Of a DNA stretch of 64,000 bases, positions 39,355-49,265 are shown piece after piece. The stretch is from contig JAHJJF010000051.1 of assembly GCA_018823135.1 (NCBI GenBank), positions 7,674-71,673 of the forward strand, in the 5' to 3' direction. The notes under the pieces are model-generated. The model was not told where the DNA came from and searched no databases. It saw nothing but the letters and a program-made list of their open reading frames with translations. How positions within the stretch are numbered: position 1 is the first letter of the stretch; each line of letters starts with the position of its first letter. A program made the translations under genes and the position numbers. Source of the stretch: Pseudomonadota bacterium. GTDB taxonomy: Bacteria > Desulfobacterota > Desulfobulbia > Desulfobulbales > CALZHT01.

Positions 39355-39497
39355 AGTGTCTGTCCATAAACGAGGATTTTTCTTGAAGTTCAAGGAGCGC
39401 GAAAAAAATAAGCACAGACATATAGTTGATATTTCGAGCATTATTTTTTGAGCATGACGCGGAAATTCCGGCAAAAGACCATTTATGGACAGGCACT
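39355..39497 (+). repeat. 143-bp inverted-repeat element (16-nt arms) between two + strand genes
   Basis: AGTGTCTGTCCATAAA (39355-39370) pairs with TTTATGGACAGGCACT (39482-39497). The single non-Watson-Crick position is U.G on the + strand. Confidence 0.8.
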
Positions 39498-39523
39498 AAC
39501 TAACCTCTCACACTACACATTCA

Positions 39524-40921
39524 ATGTCCATCATCCGATTTGTCTATACGGCATTAAGCCTGCTGCTTTGCCTCCTTTTTCTACCGCTGGCTGTAGCCCC
39601 ACCGTTATCTGCCGGGGAGGATATCGAAAAAATACAGCAATTCATCAGCGAGCCGATATTTAACGGCCAGGTTTATTATTATGAATCCGGGCTTGAAAAT
39701 TCCGAGATCCTGGTTCTGCTGCACGGGGTGGGCGACGAGGCATCAACTATCTGGGAGCCGCTCCTGCCGGAACTTGTGGGAAAATATCATGTACTCGCCC
39801 TTGACCTTCCCGGTTTCGGGAAATCCACCCAGGCAAACCTGTTGTATTCGCCTGAAAACTACAGCGCCTTCCTTTACTGGTTCATCGGCAAACACGCGAA
39901 AGGCCCGGTCCATCTAATGGGACATTCACTGGGTGGCGCCCTTGCCCTCCGATTTGCCGCAGACCATCCGGACAAAGTCAAGCGCTTGATCCTTGTGGAC
40001 TCAATCGGCATCCTGCATCGGATCGCCTTTTCCAAAAAAATCATGGAATTCGATCTGCCCCTTGATAATTGGCCGGAGATCATTGCCGCGCCACTCCAGG
40101 AAGCCATTGATTCGATCAATGATTTTACCGGCTCCACCGCTGAAAAAATGACCAAGCAGGGCTCTGCCGAAGATATCAGTAAGATTCTCTCAACGCCTGT
40201 GGCCCGCAGGATATTTCTGCGCGGCAAATCAAACGCCATTGCCGCGCTGGCCGTGACAAACCATGATTTCTCCAATCTGCTTGATATGGTAACATGTGAA
40301 ACCCTTCTCATCTGGGGTGAAAACGACAATATTTCCCCGGTTCGGACCGGGAAGGTATTAGATGCTCTCCTTCCCCACGCAAGCCTGGTGATAATTCCAC
40401 GGGCCGGGCATGTGCCAATGAACGACCGCAGGGATGACTTTCTTACCGCCCTGTTTGCCGAATCCCTTCCGAAAAAAACACAGCGCCCGGTCTCATATTC
40501 CAAAACAGGTCGCGTCGGAAGCTGCTTCAATCAATCCGGCATGAAGTTTTCCGGGGTATACGACCGCATTGAACTAGATCAATGCAAGGATGTGCGGATC
40601 AGCAATGTTTCCACGGAATACATTGCCGCCAAAGACTCGGAAATCAAAATCGAAAACAGCACGATTACAGGAAAAGCAATCGGCCTTGATCTTAATAATT
40701 CCAAACTCACCGGCACCGCGCTGACCATCACCGGCGATATCGCAATCCATGCGGATAAAAGCCGACTTGATCTTGCCGGGGTTACGCTTATCGGCAAAAA
40801 GTATGCGGTTACCTCAGATGACCAGGCAATTCTGCTTTTTTCTGTCTCCAGAATCACCAGCCTCCTCTCTGATGATTATATCCATGGTGTTCGCAAAGTA
40901 TCCCCGGATTCCCCTCTTTAA
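39524..40921 (+). CDS. Secreted alpha/beta hydrolase with C-terminal beta-helix-like repeat region
   Basis: 465 aa with a signal peptide, HGVGDE, the GHSLGG nucleophile elbow, and RAGHVPM. The C-terminal ~130 aa are repeat-like. Confidence 0.85.
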   Translation: MSIIRFVYTALSLLLCLLFLPLAVAPPLSAGEDIEKIQQFISEPIFNGQVYYYESGLENSEILVLLHGVGDEASTIWEPLLPELVGKYHVLALDLPGFGKSTQANLLYSPENYSAFLYWFIGKHAKGPVHLMGHSLGGALALRFAADHPDKVKRLILVDSIGILHRIAFSKKIMEFDLPLDNWPEIIAAPLQEAIDSINDFTGSTAEKMTKQGSAEDISKILSTPVARRIFLRGKSNAIAALAVTNHDFSNLLDMVTCETLLIWGENDNISPVRTGKVLDALLPHASLVIIPRAGHVPMNDRRDDFLTALFAESLPKKTQRPVSYSKTGRVGSCFNQSGMKFSGVYDRIELDQCKDVRISNVSTEYIAAKDSEIKIENSTITGKAIGLDLNNSKLTGTALTITGDIAIHADKSRLDLAGVTLIGKKYAVTSDDQAILLFSVSRITSLLSDDYIHGVRKVSPDSPL

Positions 40922-41193
40922 AAAAACGCCGGCAATTATTCTTTTTAACACTCAAAAAAACATGCTTTCTCGACTGAGAACTTATTTTTTGCTTTTTTTA
41001 TCATTAATATTTATCCCGGAATTACCTGACATTCATCATTATTTGGCCGATCCAACAATTTCCCCTGATGCCTATTCTCGGTGCTATCAGATATCACTGG
41101 ATATTAAGTCATAGATTGTCTTTATTTGTATTAAATGATTCAGGAGGTAAAATTCATGAAAGATTATTTCAAAAGAATAATGAGTTTCTCGCT

Positions 41194-41670
41194 ATGGATG
41201 AACTGATCCTCCTCACCGATGCAAGTGTTAATACTCAGTCGCATATAGGCTATGGTGCATATCTTGTTGTGGCTGACCGCGAACTTTCGTTGGATTCGTT
41301 GAGGTCGCGGGTAAAGGTAAAACGATTTGAGAATACCTCTTCAACCAAACTGGAATTGCAGACCTTGTTATGGGCCCTGGACGATATCCAGGCAGCAGGG
41401 AATAAAGTGACAGTCTATACGGATTCTCAAAACATTCTGGGCTTGCAGGGAAGACGAGAGCGACTGGAGCAAAACCAATACCGTTCAAAAAAAAATAATC
41501 GACTCAATAATTATGAACTGTATCAGGCGTTTTATGCCGTAATCGATCAGTTGAATTGCGAATTCATTAAAGTGCTTGGCCACAAGGTTTCGAATCAAAA
41601 AGATGATATTGACCGGCTTTTCACCCTGGTGGACCGAGCTTCACGGAATGCGCTGCGAGAAAATGGGTGA
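41194..41670 (+). CDS. RNase H-like (type 1) domain protein
   Basis: 158 aa with DEDD-type positions (LLTDAS, TKLELQ, YTDSQN, GHK...DRLFTLVD). The start at 41194 is overlapped by a 16-codon upstream ORF that has a strong RBS. Confidence 0.7.
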   Translation: MDELILLTDASVNTQSHIGYGAYLVVADRELSLDSLRSRVKVKRFENTSSTKLELQTLLWALDDIQAAGNKVTVYTDSQNILGLQGRRERLEQNQYRSKKNNRLNNYELYQAFYAVIDQLNCEFIKVLGHKVSNQKDDIDRLFTLVDRASRNALRENG

Positions 41671-41773
41671 AATGGTTCACGGCTTCAACAGGCTAACTAA
41701 AACGGCTCAGAAAAAACTTGAGCAATAGATGCAAAAAACATATAACAAGCAGTAAAAGGACAAAACCCAACTC

Positions 41774-42019
41774 ATGAGTGAACAACAATCCAATGACCCG
41801 TTGCACGGAGTTACTCTGGAGGAAATGGTTAACAGCCTGGTTGCCTATTTTGGCTGGGAGGGGCTGGGAAAACGCATCAATATCAAGTGTTTCAACAGCG
41901 ACCCATCAGTGAATTCAAGTCTCAAGTTCCTTCGAAAGACGCCCTGGGCAAGAAAGAAAGTCGAAAGTTTATACCTCGCCTTCTTGAAATATGACCGGAA
42001 GAAAAGCCGGAAGAATTAA
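41774..42019 (+). CDS. VF530/DUF2132 family putative DNA-binding protein
   Basis: 81 aa. [33 protein letters not shown]...[13 protein letters not shown] matches the DUF2132 pattern. Confidence 0.75.
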   Translation: MSEQQSNDPLHGVTLEEMVNSLVAYFGWEGLGKRINIKCFNSDPSVNSSLKFLRKTPWARKKVESLYLAFLKYDRKKSRKN

Positions 42020-42152
42020 TTTTTTCACACTTGACCGCAAGGGCTTGTCGTCCTGAATAGCGACTGATTTCAACAACGCCACATACACTTTATCAACTTT
42101 ACGATGGGAAATGATCGCTGTGGTTAAGATCAATCATCAAAGGAGAAAAAAG

Positions 42153-42593
42153 ATGAAACTGCCGGAGTATATAACTGCTGCTGAAGTAAAAAGAGTCTGC
42201 AACGAAATTGGCTTGCGTGACTGGTCCGAAATCACCGATCCATCTGTTTCTGGAGATGAAGCTTCCACTATTCTCAAAATCGTCAATACCAAAGGCATGG
42301 ACATTCCCCTTGAGGCGTTCCGGAAAGGTCTGGACGTTGAGCTCGAACATGGCACGCGATTCGACGATGCAAATGTTACAAATAACCACCCGATCCTGAC
42401 CGGCAAAATCGTTATCGCGCATCTCAAAGAGACTATGGATTATTATGAAAGAATCGACGTTGCTGAGATAGAAGGCGATTTGTTGAAAGCTGTTCTGTCG
42501 AGAAATATCGAGAAAATAGCAGCAAAGTATAAAAACCTCATCGATGCTCAACAAATACTGAATCAAGCAGTTGCGAAACAATTGAAATTCTGA
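42153..42593 (+). CDS. Hypothetical protein (DUF5661-like, GLDVELEHG motif)
   Basis: AAAGGAG RBS before the ATG at 42153. Charged, helical 146-aa product. The equal-length antisense ORF is judged spurious. Confidence 0.6.
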   Translation: MKLPEYITAAEVKRVCNEIGLRDWSEITDPSVSGDEASTILKIVNTKGMDIPLEAFRKGLDVELEHGTRFDDANVTNNHPILTGKIVIAHLKETMDYYERIDVAEIEGDLLKAVLSRNIEKIAAKYKNLIDAQQILNQAVAKQLKF

Positions 42594-42688
42594 TCAACAC
42601 TCGATTTCAGCCGCCGGAGCGTTTCTTCTTCAGCGCCAGGAATCCAGGTATTTAATAAAGAGATGAATCAGGAGTATAATCAAAAATA

Positions 42689-42722
42689 CCAGGGGAAAAT
42701 CGTTCCCTTGTTTTTTCTTTTT
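42689..42722 (+). terminator. Probable rho-independent terminator
   Basis: AGGGGAA-AATCG-TTCCCTT hairpin followed by GTTTTTTCTTTTTT. Confidence 0.5.
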
Positions 42723-42739
42723 TCCTGATAATAAATTAA

Positions 42740-42769
42740 TTTGACACGGCTATTGTATCAGTGATATCA
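42740..42769 (+). promoter_or_regulatory. Putative promoter of the OmpA-like gene
   Basis: TTGACA-N18-TATCAG with a TG extended -10, about 125 nt upstream of the ATG at 42893. Confidence 0.4.
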
Positions 42770-42892
42770 GATATTCTGAATAGAACCATTGATTGAATCA
42801 TTCCTGCATGGATCCTGTTGTTGCCCAGGGAATCAAGATCTGTAAATATCCTGAACGATAATTTTTAAAAAAAATCATAACTGAGGTTTGAA

Positions 42893-43807
42893 ATGCTTAA
42901 AAAAATTCTGCTATTGAGTGTTATCCTGCTGCTTTCAATTTCCGCTCCCGGCTGTGTTATGAAAAAAACTTTTGACCTGAAAGATGAAGAGGCAAAATTA
43001 CTGGACAACAATCTCCAGGAACTGCAAAGCAACTATGACACTCTGACCACAAACAGTCAGGCGCAAGCAAATCAGATAGAAACGCTGAATACCACCGTCA
43101 AAGAACTTACTCAGGACAAGGAAAATCTCATTGCTGACAATCAACAGCTGGATTCTATCCTGAAAGCAAAATCAGACAGCCTTTCCCAGACCATCGCTGA
43201 ATTGCGCCAGAAAATGGCCGATCAAAAAAATACCTATGATGACAAAGTTGAAAATCTTAAAAAACAGATATCCAGCCTTGAAGATGAAAATACCCAGTTC
43301 CGTAATGAAGTCACGGCAGAGCTTCTGAGGAAGGAAAATGAAGTCAAGGCAATGAGCGGCACCTATAACGAGTTGATTGCCAAAATGGAAAATGAAATTA
43401 ACACCAATCAGGTAACCATTTCCGAACTCAAAGGGAAACTGACGGTCAATATGGTCGATGCCATCCTGTTTGATTCCGGCAAAGCAGAGATCAAATCCGA
43501 AGGACTTGCAGTACTCCAGAAAGTTGTGGATATCCTGAAAAACATGACAGACAAAGAAATCCGTGTTGAAGGACACACCGATAATGTCCCGATTACCGGT
43601 TCCCTTACAAAAAAATATCCCACCAACTGGGAACTGTCTGCTGCCCGCTCAATCAATGTTACCAGGTTCCTTCATGATCAGGGCCTTGATCCCGGGGCTC
43701 TCTCTTCAGTTGCTTATGGCGAGTATAAACCCGTGACAGACAACAATACTGAAGAGGGCAAGGCACAAAATCGGCGGATCGAAATCGTCCTTGCCGCCAA
43801 AGAGTGA
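42893..43807 (+). CDS. OmpA/MotB-domain lipoprotein with long coiled-coil
   Basis: 304 aa with signal peptide and Cys (SAPGC), about 150 aa of Q/E/N-rich coiled coil, and a C-terminal OmpA_C domain (GHTDNVPI...NWELSAARS...NRRIEI). Confidence 0.88.
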   Translation: MLKKILLLSVILLLSISAPGCVMKKTFDLKDEEAKLLDNNLQELQSNYDTLTTNSQAQANQIETLNTTVKELTQDKENLIADNQQLDSILKAKSDSLSQTIAELRQKMADQKNTYDDKVENLKKQISSLEDENTQFRNEVTAELLRKENEVKAMSGTYNELIAKMENEINTNQVTISELKGKLTVNMVDAILFDSGKAEIKSEGLAVLQKVVDILKNMTDKEIRVEGHTDNVPITGSLTKKYPTNWELSAARSINVTRFLHDQGLDPGALSSVAYGEYKPVTDNNTEEGKAQNRRIEIVLAAKE

Positions 43808-44293
43808 TCAGAAGAATATTCTCGACGGCACCCGGCCTGCTGTTTTGTTTGTAATGAATATCCCGGCATATGCCCCGATTGGCGGTCTAACTGCAAAAAT
43901 CATTCTGTTGCCGACTTTATTTCCGGCCACATTATGAGCGTCATGATTTTTGATTATTCAGGGCCTCAGCTGCAACTCGAGGCCCTTCCCTTTACTTTCA
44001 AGTCTGGTTGTTATAAACCGACTCGCTTATATTCAAATTCATCGGGCTTGAACCCCTGGCCACTGACCTTGATGCAAATTGCAATCTTGTTGTCCGGCAC
44101 TTCAGCGGAGATATCGATTATTCTCTCTCCTTCGAAAATATCTCTGCCCGACATTAAACATCACCAACCCAACAATCCGGACCCACAAAGAGAATATCTC
44201 AATCAGTCGTTCTACAAAAAAATGGTCTCCAATCATCAGGTTCAATAATTCAGGTTGGAAAAACATGTAATTTTTTAAAAAGAGGGCCTTTTC

Positions 44294-46255
44294 ATGGGTG
44301 TTGCAGCAGATATTGTGATTATTATGGTTGCAGCCTTGTTTGGCGCGCTCATTGCGCAAAAATTCAAACAACCGCTGATTTTAGGATATATCTTTGCCGG
44401 AATTATTGTCGGCCCATACACCGGCGGGGTGACCATCGGTGATATCCATGAGATAGAACTGCTGGCTGAAATCGGCGTCGCCCTTCTTCTTTTTGCCCTT
44501 GGATTGGAATTTTCCATCAGCAAGTTACGACCGGTTCGCAACATTGCTCTTTTTGGTACACCGGTTCAAATTATTCTTACCATCGGAATTGGTTTCATCA
44601 TCGGCAAATTCTTGGGCTGGTCCTCTGCCAACGCATTATGGTTTGGCGCCCTGATCTCTCTTTCCAGTACCATGGTTACCTTAAAGACCCTTATGAGCAG
44701 AGGGCTTGTGGGTACCCTTTCCAGCCGGGTAATGATCGGCATGTTGATTGTTCAGGATCTGGCAGTCATTCCGATGATGATTATCCTGCCGCAATTGAGT
44801 AATCCCAAGGCCGGACTGCCTCTTCTGGCAATCGCCATAGCCAAGTCTGTAGTTTTCCTCGTGCTGATGCTTTATATGGGCAGAAAGCTTCTCCCATGGT
44901 TGTTGGCGCATGTGGCTCAGTGGAACTCCAGAGAGCTTTTTATTTTATCGATAACCGCCATTGGCCTTGGTATTGGATATGCCACGTATCTCTTCGGACT
45001 CTCTTTTGCTTTCGGGGCGTTTGTCGCGGGGATGGTTCTCAGTGAGTCTGATTATGGCCATCAGGCTCTAAGCGATATTATTCCATTAAGAGACATCTTT
45101 GGACTTTTGTTTTTTACATCTGTGGGCATGCTCCTTGATCCGGCCTTCCTGTTTGATAATTGGAGAATAATTATCACCTTGGTCCTATTGGTCGGAGTTT
45201 TCAAAGGTACGCTGTTCTACGTGCTGGCCAAGCTGTTCAGATATATAAATATTATTCCTATTGCCGTGGGTCTCGGTCTGTTTCAGGTAGGGGAATTTGC
45301 CTTTGTTCTTGCCAGGGTCGGACTTGAAACAAAAGCCATTGACCAGAATATGTATTCCCTTGTTCTCGCCATTTCCGTCCTGAGCATGGTGCTTACTCCG
45401 TTTGTTTCAGCACTTGCGACGCCTCTCTATAAATTTAAAAAGAGCCACTTCAAATATGAACCGTTGCAGACGGCAAACATCCCGCCTTCCGGTTTTAAAG
45501 ATCATGTGGTGATCGCCGGAGGTGGTCGCGTTGGACAACACATTGCCCAGGTTATGACCAGCCTCAATCTGCCTTTTGTAATTATTGAACTGAATCATCA
45601 GCGAATGCTTGAATGCAAGGCTGCAAAATTTCCGGTGATCTTTGGTGATATGACCCAGCCAACAGCTCTTGAAGTATCAAACGTTGACGCGGCAAAACTT
45701 TTGCTTATTACCACGCCCTCAGTGATTACAACTCAATCAATTGTAAAACAGGCACATCGCCTTAGCCCCCAATTACATATAATTGTGCGGGCCGATGGTG
45801 CTGAACAAGCCCGGGCATTGTATGATAGCGGGGTGTATATGGCCGTTTTGCCGGAGATGGAGGCCGGGCTGGAAATTGCCCGACAGGCACTCCTTCATCT
45901 GGAAATACCCGTGGCGCTTATTCAACAATATACTGACGCTGTACGACAACAACTCTATGCGCCGATTTATCAATCCACCCATAACCCCACTTTGCTCACC
46001 AAGTTTGATAACATAAAAAACATGCTGGAAATTTCCTGGGTCACTCTCATGCCCGGAAGCCCCCTTGTCAATAAAAGCATCAAAGACGCGGCAGTTCGGA
46101 CCACAACAGGAGCATCAATTGTGGGGATTATCCACGAGAAAGTATTTCATCATAATCCTAAAGCGGATTATTCTTTTCAGGAAGGTGATCTGGTGGCGGT
46201 TGTCGGCAATCAGCAGGAAAGGAATGGATTCAAAAAAATGGCTGGAATTTATTAA
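44294..46255 (+). CDS. CPA2 family cation:proton antiporter with RCK (TrkA-N/TrkA-C) domains
   Basis: 653 aa with about 12 TM helices (Na_H exchanger type), then a GGGRVG Rossmann motif and a C-terminal TrkA-C-like domain. Confidence 0.9.
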   Translation: MGVAADIVIIMVAALFGALIAQKFKQPLILGYIFAGIIVGPYTGGVTIGDIHEIELLAEIGVALLLFALGLEFSISKLRPVRNIALFGTPVQIILTIGIGFIIGKFLGWSSANALWFGALISLSSTMVTLKTLMSRGLVGTLSSRVMIGMLIVQDLAVIPMMIILPQLSNPKAGLPLLAIAIAKSVVFLVLMLYMGRKLLPWLLAHVAQWNSRELFILSITAIGLGIGYATYLFGLSFAFGAFVAGMVLSESDYGHQALSDIIPLRDIFGLLFFTSVGMLLDPAFLFDNWRIIITLVLLVGVFKGTLFYVLAKLFRYINIIPIAVGLGLFQVGEFAFVLARVGLETKAIDQNMYSLVLAISVLSMVLTPFVSALATPLYKFKKSHFKYEPLQTANIPPSGFKDHVVIAGGGRVGQHIAQVMTSLNLPFVIIELNHQRMLECKAAKFPVIFGDMTQPTALEVSNVDAAKLLLITTPSVITTQSIVKQAHRLSPQLHIIVRADGAEQARALYDSGVYMAVLPEMEAGLEIARQALLHLEIPVALIQQYTDAVRQQLYAPIYQSTHNPTLLTKFDNIKNMLEISWVTLMPGSPLVNKSIKDAAVRTTTGASIVGIIHEKVFHHNPKADYSFQEGDLVAVVGNQQERNGFKKMAGIY

Positions 46256-46380
46256 AACAATTTTATGAGAAAGTGAATCTGAAGTGGCCTGCATTACCAC
46301 AGATGACAATGGTTAATAGAATACTTCATCAACACCGTGATCGCCCCCATTTCAAATGCAAGCTGAGCCAGGACAAGTAA

Positions 46381-48282
46381 CTATGAACCTATATCGAAAA
46401 GAGAAAGACCACCCGAGACCTTTACGAGTTTTAATTTCTCTTCAAAAATCTCTTTAAGAACAATAAATTGCTCAGAAGAAAGATCGTTGTTCGCTTCACG
46501 AAAATAAAAATCCAGACTGATTAAAAGGTGCGTCCACCCCCGGTCTTGAAGTGCTTGAATAAAACTGCCGGCATCAGGCGAATTTTTCAAAAGGCTGCTA
46601 AATGTATGGGCTTCAAAAACAGCATCGGAGAAATAATCTCGTTTAAGATAAAAACCGTGATTCCCGGTCATTACCAGAAACAGATGTGCTGATTCCGGCA
46701 GATTCTTATTAATGTACTGATACATTTCATAATATCCCAGGTTGGTTGCCAGATATGCCTCCTTGCGTTTCTCCTCTGTAAAGCAATAAGGATAATCCCC
46801 TTTAATAAAGGCAGATACCGTCGAATAAATATTTAACAAAATTCCGCCGGCAACGAGGCCAACAAAACCAAAGGCAATCATTTGTCGGGGTATTGTTTTT
46901 TTCCTTCTCGCAGCTGTTCCATCTTTCTTGAGGTAAAAAAACTGCATCAGCCTGCAAATCATAACACTCATTATCGGCAGCAAGACGAGAAGAAAGCGAG
47001 CCTGCTGGGAACTGAATGTCCAATACAATAAATAAATCACTGACAACCCTGCCAGATATCGAATCTCTTTGCTGCGCCAGCTTAAAAACAAAAAGGGAAA
47101 AGTTAGAAGATAAAACAGCCCGAGTTGTCCGTCATACAGAACAGGATTGCCTTCTTCACCTGCCCAGAAAACTTTAAACGGCGCCAGCAGATAGGACATA
47201 ATCGTCTTTTCCGCATCTCCATAAAAATCAACAAACAGATGAAACAGCAAGGCTCTCTGACTGTCCCAACCATTGCTCTGACTTGGAAAGAGTTCCCAGA
47301 AAAAAGGAAATAACGGATTCCCGGCAAGATACAGATTTCTTGCCCACCAGGGTAAGACTGCAAGCAGAGCCACACTTAGAAAGAAAAAAATCGTTGCGGC
47401 AATTTCTTTTACCGGTTGTCTAGTTCTTTCTCGGAAAGCAACAAGAATTGCAAGCAATACGGCAGGGAGAAGAATTATATTCGTATACTTACAGCATAAA
47501 GCAGCGCCAACTGCAAATCCCAACAAAAACACATCTCTTTTTTGTCTTTGCATACGCCAACGAAAAAAACAGACAACTGCCGTTGTCCAGTAAAAACTGC
47601 TGGCAAGATCAACATAGGCCCAGGTCATCTCCTGCCAGAATAAAGGTGTTGCCAGTAGCGCCAGCACAGGAATAAAAATATATTCCTCCCTAATGCCTAT
47701 AATCTTGCCGAGCCTTATCGTTGAAAGTAAAACCAGAATACCGTAACCAAAATGAATTAATGCCGGATAGTCACCACCCAAGCCCATGACAATTGTATAT
47801 GCGGCTTCAACCATTCCAGGAAAATAACTGTAAATGTTTTGTGGCACTTCATACCACAAATGCTGTTGAAGATAGAGTTTCGGGAGCGCAAGATGATACA
47901 CCAGGCTGTCGCGGGCAATCTGAGGAAGAAGGACATTATTGACTGCTAGCAGCAACAACACCGTTATAAAGAACAATAAAATCAAGGAGAGCCACAGAGG
48001 CGTACATGCGTTTCTCAGGCCCTGAAAGCATGGACCAACTCCAGCAAACACGGTTTTCTTTCTCTGCAAGGCAAGGATTACTCCCGGCAGCAAAACCATG
48101 GCGATCCACACGGGGTAAAGCAATCCGAGCAATCCCAGAAAAAAAACAGCATGACAGACAATCCAGGTGCCAGGCACAATAACCAGAAGCAATTCATCCC
48201 TGAGCTTTGATGGCACAACTATTCGTCCATATCCCAGGGAACTTACAAAAAATAATATGGTGGCAACAATACTAATCAGCAT
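46381..48282 (-). CDS. Large polytopic membrane protein, probable GT-C fold (ArnT/PMT-like) glycosyltransferase
   Basis: 633 aa with more than 10 TM helices in the N-terminal two-thirds and a soluble C-terminal domain. AGGAGA RBS. The function call is by architecture only. Confidence 0.6.
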   Translation of the reverse strand: MLISIVATILFFVSSLGYGRIVVPSKLRDELLLVIVPGTWIVCHAVFFLGLLGLLYPVWIAMVLLPGVILALQRKKTVFAGVGPCFQGLRNACTPLWLSLILLFFITVLLLLAVNNVLLPQIARDSLVYHLALPKLYLQQHLWYEVPQNIYSYFPGMVEAAYTIVMGLGGDYPALIHFGYGILVLLSTIRLGKIIGIREEYIFIPVLALLATPLFWQEMTWAYVDLASSFYWTTAVVCFFRWRMQRQKRDVFLLGFAVGAALCCKYTNIILLPAVLLAILVAFRERTRQPVKEIAATIFFFLSVALLAVLPWWARNLYLAGNPLFPFFWELFPSQSNGWDSQRALLFHLFVDFYGDAEKTIMSYLLAPFKVFWAGEEGNPVLYDGQLGLFYLLTFPFLFLSWRSKEIRYLAGLSVIYLLYWTFSSQQARFLLVLLPIMSVMICRLMQFFYLKKDGTAARRKKTIPRQMIAFGFVGLVAGGILLNIYSTVSAFIKGDYPYCFTEEKRKEAYLATNLGYYEMYQYINKNLPESAHLFLVMTGNHGFYLKRDYFSDAVFEAHTFSSLLKNSPDAGSFIQALQDRGWTHLLISLDFYFREANNDLSSEQFIVLKEIFEEKLKLVKVSGGLSLFDIGS

Positions 48283-48643
48283 TCATTCTCCTGAATCCCT
48301 GACGGAATTTCTCATAAAGAGGTATAAGATACCCTGTTTTCAGTGAAGACAAAATAGACAAGTTTCAAATTCACTGTTCACCGATGAGAAGCAAGGAACC
48401 ACAATTTCCTGTGAGTTTAAGCCTGAACTTATTACCCTATGATTTCCAGAAATCACTCCTCTCTGTAGCCTTCCTTTCCGAAAAATACCGCGGCAAATTG
48501 TCGCAGGCTGCTTTAGCCGTTGAGTAGCGTTAAAAAAGCTGTGCAGGATAGACATAGTCGGTTGTGTTTAATAACATCGCAACAATACATTTCTGAGTCA
48601 TGGAAGGCTGTTGTTGCATAAATTCCAAAATGGAGAACGGACC

Positions 48644-49213
48644 ATGAAAAAATTCATTACGCTACAGATTATTCTTTTGCTGATGACCGGCATTGCATCA
48701 ACAGCTATTGCCGAAAGCGTTTTCATGTACAAGAAACCCAAAGTACAACATCCAGGCAAAGAGGCAATGCCCCTCGAGGCATATGAGCTGATCAAAAAAA
48801 ATCCTGTTGAAATGATCATCGTCGATGTTCGCACCCAAGGGGAATATCAGTTTGTCGGACACCCGGAAGGTGCGTATCTCGTGCCTTTTCAGATTTTAGG
48901 CACAGTATTTAACGGCAAGGAATACGAAATGATCGAAAATAAAAATTTTACCAGGGATCTCATGACAAAATTCAAGCCAAACCAGCACACCCTGTTTTTT
49001 CTCTGCAGAAGCGGTTCAAGAGCTGCCGAGGCATTAAACGCCGCTGTAGCGGCAGGATGGCCCGCAGACCGTGCTTATGTGATCCTCGGCGGGTTTGAAG
49101 GCGACAAACTCAAAGACAACAACAGTGCTTATAATGGATTAAGAATTGGCGGGGGCTGGCGCAACGAAGGTCTACCATGGACTTACTCCATGGATTCAAA
49201 ACTTGTATATTGA
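48644..49213 (+). CDS. Periplasmic rhodanese-domain sulfurtransferase
   Basis: Signal peptide and active-site loop CRSGSRAAEA. GGAGA RBS before the ATG at 48644. Confidence 0.85.
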   Translation: MKKFITLQIILLLMTGIASTAIAESVFMYKKPKVQHPGKEAMPLEAYELIKKNPVEMIIVDVRTQGEYQFVGHPEGAYLVPFQILGTVFNGKEYEMIENKNFTRDLMTKFKPNQHTLFFLCRSGSRAAEALNAAVAAGWPADRAYVILGGFEGDKLKDNNSAYNGLRIGGGWRNEGLPWTYSMDSKLVY

Positions 49214-49265
49214 TCTATTTGATGTTTATGATGAAGATTATTAACAAATAGATCAGGAAACAATC

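Noticed and set aside
42099-42581. 160-aa minus-strand ORF that mirrors the + strand 160-aa ORF almost exactly
   Set aside because: The + strand frame has an AAAGGAG RBS and a plausible charged, helical product with a conserved-looking GLDVELEHG motif. The minus-strand product is Phe/Ser/Ile-rich and lacks an RBS. I treated it as a shadow ORF.
43808-44293. Possible riboswitch (for example ydaO/c-di-AMP type) in the long leader of the K+/cation antiporter gene
   Set aside because: I could not find the conserved ydaO, yybP-ykoY or other riboswitch core sequences by eye on either strand. It is left unannotated apart from the small-ORF observation.
48340-48555. 71-aa minus-strand ORF in the spacer between the GT-C membrane protein and the rhodanese gene; similar ORFs at 15232-15426, 43934-44248 and 51591-51860
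   Set aside because: These have no RBS, low-complexity or Cys/Phe-rich translations, and lie in promoter or leader regions. I consider them chance ORFs.
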